A stretch of 53,597 bases of DNA, counting the filler, from Sphacelaria rigidula (taxonomy: Eukaryota), in the NCBI GenBank assembly GCA_964200075.2. It is 5 parts of 5 records of this genome, joined end to end, with 100 filler letters (N's around TTAATTAATTAA, not from the genome) between each part and the next. Parts side by side here need not be neighbours in the genome. Positions count along the whole stretch, not along the records: positions 10,742 to 21,381 come from CAXNAA020006161.1; positions 21,482 to 32,120 come from CAXNAA020006162.1; 3 more parts are not named here. One strand, given 5' to 3'. The notes beneath the pieces are model-generated. The model was not told where the DNA came from. It worked only from the letters and a program-made list of their open reading frames with translations, and did no database searches. Shown here in pieces: positions 12,643 to 22,266 of the stretch (within the stretch, counting starts at the first letter, position 1; each line of letters starts with the position of its first letter). The translations under genes and the position numbers were made by a program.

Positions 12643-13583
12643 TTTCTTTGGTCGGTGATCTTTGGGCCTTGAGTTTCACCCGTAGTCGGACCCTATGTTC
12701 ATTTCTACTTAGCCTCGCGCGTCGATTTTGGAAAGTCGGGCACCACCCCCTTAAGTCCGAATGGCCACCTGTGGCACCGGATATTTAGAGGCCAGCCATA
12801 TTTATTCTCTCTCTTCTTTATTTTTTATTCCTGTTTTGCTTGTATGGCGTCTGTGAGTTTTCTTCTCGGTCTATTTTTGTTTCGTTTTTTCGTTTTGTTT
12901 GATTTCCTCATAATTCCTCTGTCCCCTAAGTAACGGTACCTTAATTTGTACGGGCCCTTAACGATGTCCTATCGTTTTTTTTAATATTAATGAACTCTAC
13001 GGTGTTTTTTGGCTCAAGAAAATGTGTTCAAAATTTGCAGCTCGTGCTTAACCCATGCCGCCAAACGGCTGCAAAAAAAGTAGTCGGCCCATAAATGGCC
13101 CTTTTTTGCCCCTTTCCGAGGGGAAAAAAGAGTCAAGTTTTTGGTATCTTTTTAATCGCGTGGGACTTCCTGGCAGCAAGCCCCAGTGAAGGCGGGGGCG
13201 ATTTTTAAAAAATAAAAATAAAAAGCGACGCTTTTTTCCCTCTCGGAAAGGGGCAAACAATGGCCATTTTTGGGCCGACTACTTTTTTTGCCGCCGTTCG
13301 GCGGCATGGTTCAAGCACGAGCTGCAAATTTTGAACACATTTTCTAAACCCCCCAAACACCGTAGAGTTAAATAAAACTAGAAATAAACGATCGGACATC
13401 GTTAAGGGCCCGTATTAATTTAGGTACCTTTACTTGTGGGACAGGGGAAGTATCTTATTATAGGTGGCTAGCCTGTAACCACGGAAGGCGTCCGTATCAG
13501 AAGATGCCCAGTACGAATGTACCGCGCACATGTCGGAACTGTTTTTCATGTGAAGACAACAACAACAACAACAACAACAACAA
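12643..13583 (+). mobile_element. 3' fragment of a non-LTR retroelement ending in (CAA)9
   Basis: T-rich UTR-like body and a (CAA)n tail at 13557-13583. It is flanked by a near-direct repeat ACAATAAAATAG (12631-12642) / ACAATGAATAG (13580-13590). No recognisable ORF. Confidence 0.55.
12914..13449. mobile_element. Foldback/MITE with ~215-bp inverted arms
   Basis: The arms are near-perfect reverse complements, e.g. ACGGGCCCTTAACGATGTCC / GGACATCGTTAAGGGCCCGT and TGTGTTCAAAATTTGCAGCTCGTGCTT / AAGCACGAGCTGCAAATTTTGAACACA. Confidence 0.85.
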
Positions 13584-13754
13584 TGAATAGGTCACAATGA
13601 TAAAAATTACCTCTGCACACAAAGTTTTTTTAGTTTTCTTTAGTTTTTTTTTCATGAAATTAGGGCAACAATCAATACCAGTAAAATGCCCTTAACCTTG
13701 CCCTAACTCATGAAGGAATACAAAAAAACCTTTGTGTGCACAGGTGATTTTTCA

Positions 13755-14236
13755 CACCCTGTACAACTATTTAGTTGCTCATTTTGGTCCGAAACGAAAT
13801 GTCCCTCTACAGCAGGCATGAATCCAATCATAGACCTGCTTTTTTTCGTACCTTGCGGAGAAAATAAGCGTAAAACGGGAAGAAAATGAACCAGGTGAGA
13901 CTCGAATCCGCAACTTCGGGCGATTCAAGCAAATTCCAAACAACTAAATAGTTGTAAATATTTTAGCAACTATGTCGTTGATTTTTTTTCCATAAGAGAC
14001 GAGTTCGAGTCTCCCAGAGGTCATTTTTTTTCTTTGTTCCCCCCCCCTCTTCAAATGCTCCGTCTCGAAAGGGACGCGTGGTCAATGGTCAAACGACTAT
14101 GGCATGCATGATCATGAGTACCCCCCCCCCCCCGCTTCCACTTCGAAATATATATATTTTTGTGACTCCTTGCTTCGTGTGTCGACCTCAATCGGCAACA
14201 AACTGAAAATAGTTGCCTAATTAGTTGTACAGGGTG
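13755..14236. mobile_element. MITE with a 15-bp TIR CACCCTGTACAACTA (Tc1/mariner-like, TA on the right flank)
   Basis: Perfect TIR pair at 13755-13769 and 14222-14236. Confidence 0.7.
14056..14133 (+). mobile_element. Short C-tailed SINE copy
   Basis: TGCTCCGTCTCGAAAGGGACG...GAGTA followed by C13. The flanks CCCCCCCTCTTC and CCCCCCCGCTTC resemble a TSD. Confidence 0.8.
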
Positions 14237-16572
14237 TATAATTTTTATAATTAGTATCAGTGAAATACCCTAAACTCATGAAACAACAAGAAGAAACTAT
14301 GTGTGCAGAGTTCAAAAAAATTATTATGCTCTATTCATTGTCCATACCAAGTTCTAGGGTTCAACTCTAAATATTGGCCGACGAATAGGCCGTTTAGTAA
14401 CCGGGTCGGTAGAAATTCGGAACAGAATTCTGTGTGGGACCTCACTATAGGGTATAACGAACCAAAATAAGTAGGTCAACTTGGTATTTATATATATACA
14501 TTTGATCCACTGGTTTAGGGCGTTTTAGTATGGTGACGGCCATTTTTTTACGAGAACGCCTGAACCTCTCCCAAAAAAAACTTTTTTTTAAATTCAGCAT
14601 ACCTCTGTGGTTCCCCATGCTAAGTTTCAAATCGCAATTCTGAAAATTGAGCTAAAAAAATGAGAAAAGGCCTAAGAGCAGTGTCCGTTTCTCCTCAAAA
14701 CTCCCCCGTGGTGTTTCGTGAGGGGATAGAGCAGCTTCTCCCTCGGGTGAAAGGTAATGGGGGGTCGGGGATAGCTACACATTTTATAATTTAGATGCTC
14801 TATCGATTACTTGGTGTGTTCAGGTGCACGGTCATTCGTGTGTACCAGGCCGAAACGGCAGGCACCACCCGTGTGATCATGTAGGGCGGGGGATTCGTTC
14901 ATTAATTCCCCGGCTAAGGAACTATTGGTTTTGTCTTGTCATTATTTTTATATGTCGAGTATCCCCAAAACACTTTCACGACATCCAAATGTTTTGTCGT
15001 TCGCACCGTTTAGGCCAACACGGTGGATACCACCACTCAATTCACGGTATAAACAGCCTTCCGGGGACAGCTGTTTTTTCGTCCATTGCACGGTGGATCT
15101 CACCCCCTCAATTCTCGGCAGAAACTGCCTCCCGGAGACGGCTGTTTTTTCGTTCCCTGCGCCATCATGTGCCCTCCGTCTACATCTGACTTCACAAATG
15201 TTGTTTACATGCTATTGTGCTTTACTTATCAAATTTTGGGCTCTTGATAGTTTTTTTATGTATCGAACTCAAAAATCTCAAAAACGTGGCCTGGATTATC
15301 GCGGATCTGCCCCTTGCGATTTGTTGGCAGCCCCCTTTGATGATATAGATTTGTTGGTAGTTCAGAAGTCTGAATTGTGGACAACTGGGCATACCGCAAG
15401 GTCATGTGTAGATCGTTTTATTTTTTGGCTACTGTGCCACCCCCCCCCCCCCCCCCCCTTGTAGGATGAAGGGACGTACGAGGCTAGGGAATGAAACAGG
15501 GTTCAACTCACAGTCTCGCCCACCCCACACCACCCATCGAACACTGACTATCATGATTTTTGTGCTATGTTCAGAGTGCGCCCTAGTCCAGGTGCTGATC
15601 TGGTGCGGGTAAATACTGAGGAAAAGAGTATATGGGGCGGCGCTGCAATGTGCAGTTCTGGGGCGCAAAGAGTCGCGGTCACAGTTCGGTGAACGCCAGC
15701 TTGAGGCGGCAGAACAAAGGCTAAAAGTGAACATGACTATCTGTGTGATCGGCCTTCCCTCCTGTTCTGTTCCTGATAGTCATGGTAAACCAGTGTTACG
15801 CCGGGGGGTGGCGTCACGTTTCCCATCACCCCCCCCCCAAAATAAAATAAAATGAAGACGCGATGGAGTCAAATAAGTGTACAGAGGTTAGATCGCAACG
15901 AAAGCAATACACAGCTGTAGTATGTATCTGAAGTTACCTTCGCATCGCAGTCTGGCTCAATTCCACCGAGTACAGCCCACAAACCAGCGATGGATACCCC
16001 TCGGAAAAGTTGTCACTGATTGTACAAGCAAAAAAGTCATTTTCTAACATTCCTGTCCTTCACGTGACAGAGGATTGCTCACTACTGACGAACGTCATCA
16101 AGCCGTCGTTACAGGCGGGTACAACTAGGTACTAGCCGTCGTTCAAGCCCAAGCGGCTTCCAATTGAGTGTCGAAACAGGGTAATATCTTGCAATATCTT
16201 CAGTAGATTATCCTCACTTCACCCCTACTACTAATTTTGCGACAAGAGTGTTGGCCGCCAGAAAGTTGAGAACTGGTAGGTCCAAGTTTTATCTACACGG
16301 AGCAAATTGATTCGTGTCGATAGCTGCCGTGTTTGTCGAGATATTCCCACCTCGATGAGGCGTGTTGCAACATGTGAGATGCGGTGTAAAAACCCATCGG
16401 GTCATAGGTGGTATCCAAATCGAGCAGGTGGTGATTGCGCCGCGTCCACTTGGTTTGTAGAGTGAGGAAGATCTTCTCCCGCACCCATACACCCAAAAAT
16501 CAACGTTTCCCGCTCGTAGGAAGGACGTTACAAAGATGTGCTCGCCGTTGTCGCTGGGGCGGCGCATGAAGC

Positions 16573-16828
16573 GAGCAATGCTACGGTAGGGGTGCACTTT
16601 TTTCGCGAAATCATGTCTAGTTCAGGGGCTTCTCACGAGTCTAGATGCACAAAAATATGGGTCAGGGCATCCACGTTTGCAAGTTCATTCGGGATATCCC
16701 CAGCACATTGGAGTAGTAATCCTGGCGTACTTTAAATATTTGCATAGGTCGTGTTTTGCATGAGATTAAGGGCCCCTAACAATTCTAACCTCAGAAAATA
16801 TTTGTGTACCCCTACCGTAGCATCACTC
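16573..16828. mobile_element. 256-bp MITE with GAG...CTC ends and a 4-bp TSD AAGC (Sola2-like)
   Basis: ~25-bp TIR GAGCAATGCTACGGTAGGGGTGCAC / GTGTACCCCTACCGTAGCATCACTC. Second copy at 46233-46490. Confidence 0.85.
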
Positions 16829-16949
16829 AAGCATGCTTCCGGGATCGCCGTGCATGATATAAAACGCACACTCACGTTCTACCAATTCCTCATGTCGTCA
16901 GCGAGACTGTAAGATGCCGGAAATAAATGGGTGATTCCGCGGAAACGGC

Positions 16950-19900
16950 GCCAGTGTTTACCTCAAAGTGTGCATGAAACATGTCTCTAACTTTCTCTGC
17001 AGGTTCAATCGAAACGCGAAGTCATCGCCGTGGTCTTTGCCAGCTTCCGATGCCGAATCCTCTCTCTCCGAGCCGATGTTATCGTAATCTGTGTCTTGAA
17101 TCCAGATCCCGGCTGAATACTTCGACCCGCCCTCTGACAACTTTGCATGCCGCCGCGCCCCTCTCATCCACGCGGCGTATATCAGCAAGACGGTCGATGG
17201 CGGCCTTCGAGTCGGATCAACTCTTGGTGGTGCCCAGTTGCATGAAGAGGTACTTGAACACGTGCAGCTCCCTCTGCATCATCGGTATCGCCTAGTGGGG
17301 GGAATTGGAGCATGAGGGCGGATGATGTGGGGCGTACACTCCGTTTGGCATTTGCTTGCCCTCGCACGTTCAATTCATGCTCTTTTGCGAGGTGGGCACA
17401 TCATCTCGTTGGACCACCCAATATCTCCCGCTGCGCGCGGCTATAAATCTTGCATCTTAAATGGGAGAAGTGCTCCCGCATCCTTTGAAAATTTTCCAGA
17501 GACTTTTCTCCTCCTACTCGCTTACTCGTGCTTTTATCACGATGGGGACTCAGTACTGGAGATAGGAAAGACACAAACGGCGACTCCTGGGATTTCGAGC
17601 CCGCAGCTTTCCATACTTGGCACGAGTCAATCCATGGCACCCAAGTACAAACAACCTCAAGCTCATGCGAGCTCAGCTCCAATGTCAGAATATTATCATG
17701 CCAGACGCAACGCTGCGCCGCATGCACAGGCGCGTCATCCCGACCAAATTTTGAGAGAGGGAGGCTTCGAAAAGTTCGGTACACGTTCAGACAAAATTTA
17801 CCCAAAAAATCACAGCTCAGTTCACCCATCTGAGTTCGATCTTGAAGCACGTGTCAATGTGGCCACCTTCACCGGCGATCCTTGGCACCGCGCACCAGAA
17901 TGCTGCATCGTCGAAGGCGGAGAGGTAACGCCCCCATTGCTCGCCGTCCCTGTGCCAGAGGGGTCCCGTCGTGATATCCGCGGCCACCAGCTCTCCTCGC
18001 CGGCGGTGCGCGTACATGAGCGGCAGATGCCCAGGCAGATTTTCTACAGCCACGCAGGTGGCCGCTACAGTACTCACATGTGCGCCGCCCCCCGTAACAC
18101 TCGTCGTCGGCCGAAAATCGCAGTTGTCCGAAGCAATCGTAGCAGCCCTCCATGCAAGGGCCATGAGATATTTGTCTAACCTCCGCTTCACGTAGAGCTG
18201 CTCCCCCTTGTACCGCATTGATTGTGTCTTGCAGAATCCGTGGGCGGCAATATAGTCGATGACGGCCATGGGTGTGCCGTGCGTTTTCAACACGTGCGCT
18301 TGATGGAAGTCGTGCATTGCTCTAAATCCCCGGCCTAGAACAATCTTGACGAGGTTTTTGCGCGATCGTGTACAGCCTCCCAATCTGCCTCTTCCTCTTC
18401 CTCGTCTTCTTGCGCAGCGGTTTTTCTCGCGGCGTCGATCCATGTGGTCTTGCACTGGCGCGGGACATCGCCGATCCCCGTTGAACTGCGCCCCCGTGTT
18501 CCCGTTGTGGCGTACCACCACCGGACCGGTTCGCGGTGACCACCAAACCCGCCCCGCCATCCCGCGCCGCCGACATGGCGACATCATGCGTCGCGGCGGT
18601 GCGAGGCGCATGAACAGAATCCCCGTGCCCACCACTCCTTGCGTTTTCCATGGTCCGAAAAAGTGGCAGTTCGGATCATCACTCGACACACTCAAATGCC
18701 ACAGACTGCTCGGCGATGCCAACAGTGCCGGCGGCGTATCATCCGTCAGAAATTGGTTAACCGTTTCGGGACTGATTTTCAGTAACAAGGGATTCACCAT
18801 GTGTTCGTAAAACAATCATGAAAAAATGTCTGGGAGCGACCTGCCTAATCACGGCGAGGCGAACTTTATTCACCACATCCGAACGACCAGTGGGGGGGGG
18901 CTGTCGCCGAGATTGATGTCACTGCTGAGTTTGTGTGTGTACTCTGTCCCTTGTTCACAAAAAAGCCTTCGAAGCAAAAGAAAGCTGCGATGGTCGGGGA
19001 CATCTCTTCCGTTTCCTTGTAATTTTGTTGCATTCAATTTAGGTCCTTTCCCCATTCCCCCGTGTTTGTATTGGGTCACCATCCTATAGTAAAACGTAGT
19101 AAGTACACAGTGTGCTCAGGGGAAATACGGGGAAAGCTTACGTTACTATATGTATGCCATCTTCACAGGGCGACTGAATTTAGCAACGCCATGGAACGAG
19201 AGACGGAGCTAGAGACATAAGTTTCTGCGTATCCCTGTACTGAGGTGGTGCAGCACGCAGTGAGACCATCCAAGACGCTGAGCAGACCCGTCAAACTGTT
19301 TGTTCATCATGTAGTCGACGGGAACGAACAAGCTGTTTATAGGCAGCTGATCTCCGTCGCAGAGAACTGCCCAGAACGTGTAAGGGAGTATGCAGCGGCA
19401 GCTGCTGCTGCAGTCGGAGAGGCGTACTGTACTGTACTGTACCGTACTTCATGTGCGCCGCAATGCTCGTTCCCTTCAAGGAGAGTTTGCCGCTTGCAAC
19501 AAAGAGGGAGATCACGGCCCACCCCGATCACAAAGGGCTTCGCGGCAAGGTGATGGGGACAGTAATATCATGCAAAGTCATAAGTGGCGGGCGGCCCGCC
19601 GGTCGCCACATTCTGTTGAAAGCTGTCTACGTCGACCCATCCTGCTTGATACGTCCGTATATTACGTGATACGCACCCCACCCGAATTACAGTTTGTACC
19701 TGCACCTGAAAATAGATTTGATGGAACTTTCGGTCTCCCTCCTAACCCTGCGGTTACATCCGTGGATTAATAGCAACATGAAGCCACTGTTTCGTGCAGA
19801 CGTCAGACGCGTTATTCGTCACCAGCCTTATTGGTCGTTCTGGAGGCCCAGTCCCACAAGGGTTGATGGGTCGAATGTTTGAATATTCCTCGATATGTCG

Positions 19901-21300
19901 GCGGCGTATTCCTGGTCCCTACCCCACGATACCTTTCCTCAGTTCTTGTGCACTTTCGATGTCCATCCTGACGATAGACCCAGCCGCTATGATCACGGCC
20001 CGTTTCTCCTCCGCCGAACCGGCAGCTGTCACCCGCTGGAGTGCGGGTTCAACAGGCTGATCACTCTCGATCTGGGCGGTGAGACGGGAGACAGAACGCT
20101 CCAGTTCTCGTACCCTGGCACGCATGTTGCGAACTTCAACGTCGGCCGCCATGGCTACCTCGAGCGCCATAAAGGAAGGAACGAGATCGATGAAATTGCA
20201 CCTCCCATCGCATGCAGTCCCCTCGACCCTCCTTATATCCTCAAGCTTGGCGCCGACTGCGCCGTGCGCTGCCACCGCATCGAAAATTCCCAGTGATTGC
20301 TCGCTGGTGCTCTTGTCTAGAACAACCCGGGCGTTTGCTGCGGTTCTGGCTTCGGCCAGCCAGGATTGAACATCCTCCAGCCCCACTACGCGCCCCGCCT
20401 CAACAGCCGCAATTACTTTGTGGTGTGCTTCTGCAACGAAACCGGCTCGGCGGGGCTAGGGTGAGGGGGGAGTTAAACCAACAGTCGCGGGTGTGCAGCA
20501 AACCGGAGGGAGGGACTTTGCCTTCCGTCTATCACTCGTAATCCTGTGTCGACAATCATGCCGACTGCATCAGCAATCTGAACTCGATTGATAGTTGTGC
20601 ACAAGCGCAGCCGGGCGTACATCATCACCATCCGCATACGATTCCAGAGATAGCCGAGCCCCCGGATTTCGTGCCGCGCCAAGATAACGCCAGGCATTGC
20701 CGTCGACGGGCCCTGGTCGATGGCAGGCGAAGCGCAGTCGCGATACCGGATCGTGTATCCGACCGCAAGAGGAGCACTTGTTGCATGCGTCGTCGACGAC
20801 GGGGAACTGGATGCTACACACATCGCGACTGCAAACCTGCTTACGTCATTTAACCTCCCTCATACTACTAACCGGGGTAGACCCTGCCGGCGCAGAATGC
20901 CCCCTCACGCAGCTATCACGATTGCCGGGGGGACCTTAAGAACTACTGCGTCGCGTCGACATCCTCCCTCTTTAACCACTCGCACGATGTTCACCATGAT
21001 CAGTGTCGGGGGTGGGTATACGGCGGTCGGGATGCATCATTGGCTCGCTGGTAATCCCGTTCGTAAGCGCCGGCGCTACCTGCTCTTGTTTGGAACCCGC
21101 CAAAGATGAGCTGCTGTCACCTTCAGCTCGACACCGGTCGACCCCAGGGGCGGCAGCATATGTAGCCTTCTTCTTTTTCCGCTTCGATTTTGATGCCGAC
21201 GCGCCTGCAGGAGTTGGTTGCGAGGTGCATGGTCAGCCTGGTCGCTTGTTACGGTGTCCCGACGGCGTGAAAAATCCCCCCGTTGACCCCCGAGTAGGAA
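16950..21300 (-). pseudogene. Decayed large transposase-like gene (Chapaev/CMC or DUF6589-like motif order)
   Basis: Collinear minus-strand ORF fragments broken by stops and frameshifts: CNKCSSC (about 20770-20790), coiled coil plus EEKRAVIIAAGSIVRMDI (19919..20386), VNPLLLKI, HVLKTHGTPMAVIDYIAAHGFC and IASDNCDFRPTTSVTGGGAH (17817..18815). The family call rests on remembered motif patterns only. Confidence 0.45.
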
Positions 21301-21320
21301 GGACCCCGTCTTGCGTCGTA

Positions 21321-21381
21321 TGGTGTACTCATGATCACGCATGCCATAGTCATCAGACCATTGACCTCGCATCCCTACAAT
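21321..21381 (-). mobile_element. C-tailed SINE family 3' end cut by the contig end
   Basis: Reverse complement GTAGGGATGCGAGGTCAATGGTCTGATGACTATGGCATGCGTGATCATGAGTACACCA. Confidence 0.8.
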
Positions 21382-21481
21382 NNNNNNNNNNNNNNNNNNN
21401 NNNNNNNNNNNNNNNNNNNNNNNNNTTAATTAATTAANNNNNNNNNNNNNNNNNNNNNNNNNNNNNNNNNNNNNNNNNNNN
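21382..21481. other. Artificial contig spacer
   Basis: N44-TTAATTAATTAA-N44. Confidence 0.98.
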
Positions 21482-21551
21482 TCTCGAAAAGGAGGCGTGG
21501 TCAATGGTCAAATGACTAAGGCAAGCAACAAATGAGTACGCCCCCCCCCCC
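21482..21551 (+). mobile_element. C-tailed SINE 3' end at the contig start
   Basis: ...GTGGTCAATGGTCAAATGACTAAGGCAAGCAACAAATGAGTACG followed by C11. Confidence 0.8.
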
Positions 21552-21584
21552 TCCTTTCTTGCATTTCTCCACTTCTACCCGAAG

Positions 21585-21937
21585 ATCGAGTGCGAGCGGA
21601 CATGCGAGCTAAGCTTCCTTCCCCTGAGGCCAGGGGAACTTGATGAGGAGGACATGGAAGGATTCAGGGCGCAAGGCATCATTAACGAAACTGGAGAGGT
21701 GAGTTCTGGTGGCTCTAGGCTCATGTTTTATCCGCCACGTCTGTAATTTTTAGTCGTACTTCCCCCTCCTCTACCCACGATATGGGGGTCCATGTTCTAT
21801 TTCCAGGGATCACCCTATCCATCATTCCGCAAGTAGTCCCTTTGCACTCCCGCAGCATTTCAACTTTCATCGCCTTCTTTGTCTCCTTCCTTGCTATATT
21901 TATACTCGCGTTTTGGAAGGCGGAAATCAGGAAATAA
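21585..21937 (+). CDS. Candidate last two exons of an unknown gene (21585..21698 and 21920..21937)
   Basis: A pyrimidine tract and AG precede a 114-bp open exon IECERTCELSFLPLRPGELDEEDMEGFRAQGIINETGE with a GTGAG donor. A second AG is followed by AEIRK-stop. No homology recognised. Confidence 0.35.
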
Positions 21938-22184
21938 AAGGGACTCTGTGTTGCTGTCGGGATCGATTTTGGAGAGCATGCCCAAGGTGGTGTTGATGTA
22001 CCAGTGCTTGAACTTTTGCATGTTTCTGCTTGTGGCAGTGGAGAGTACCCGGCGATACGCGAATGCAGCGTTGAGTGTATATCGCAGTGCTAATTGTTAC
22101 GCTATCACCGTGTATCATCTGCGCTTTACCCTCGCCGTCAAACGCGTGTGGTTGTTGCTGGGTCGGTTGGGAGGGAGGGAGGGA

Positions 22185-22266
22185 GGGGGGGGGGGGGGGG
22201 TGTACGCATGATCATGCATGCCATACCATTGACCTCGCATCCCTACAAAGCCGGGACGGAGCACGC
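22185..22266 (-). mobile_element. C-tailed SINE 3' end next to a 10-N scaffold gap
   Basis: Reverse complement GCGTGCTCCGTCCCGGCTTTGTAGGGATGCGAGGTCAATGG...GTACA followed by C16. Confidence 0.8.

Larger units (their letters stand above)
12613..14359. mobile_element. Non-autonomous element with CCCTAG...CTAGGG ends (piggyBac-like) hosting nested insertions
   Basis: Left end CCCTAGAATTTGGTATCGACAATAAAATAG versus reverse complement of the right end CCCTAGAACTTGGTATGGACAATGAATAG. The left TIR resumes at about 13585 after an insertion. Confidence 0.65.

Noticed and set aside
13890-14022. tRNA-like B-box fragments (GGATTCGAGTC on the minus strand, GAGTTCGAGTC on the plus strand)
   Set aside because: No A box or cloverleaf. 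They lie inside a MITE.
17322-18179. 285-aa plus-strand ORF
   Set aside because: No recognisable motifs. It is antisense to the more protein-like minus-strand fragments.
16950-21300. Endogenous giant-virus (phaeovirus) segment
   Set aside because: No viral hallmark gene motif was recognised. A single decayed transposase-like gene explains the fragments better, though this is not proven.
21340-21365. Hammerhead ribozyme or box C/D motif (CTGATGA) in the SINE 3' module
   Set aside because: There is no downstream GAAA with stem II/III, and other copies have CAAACGA or CAAATGA at this position.
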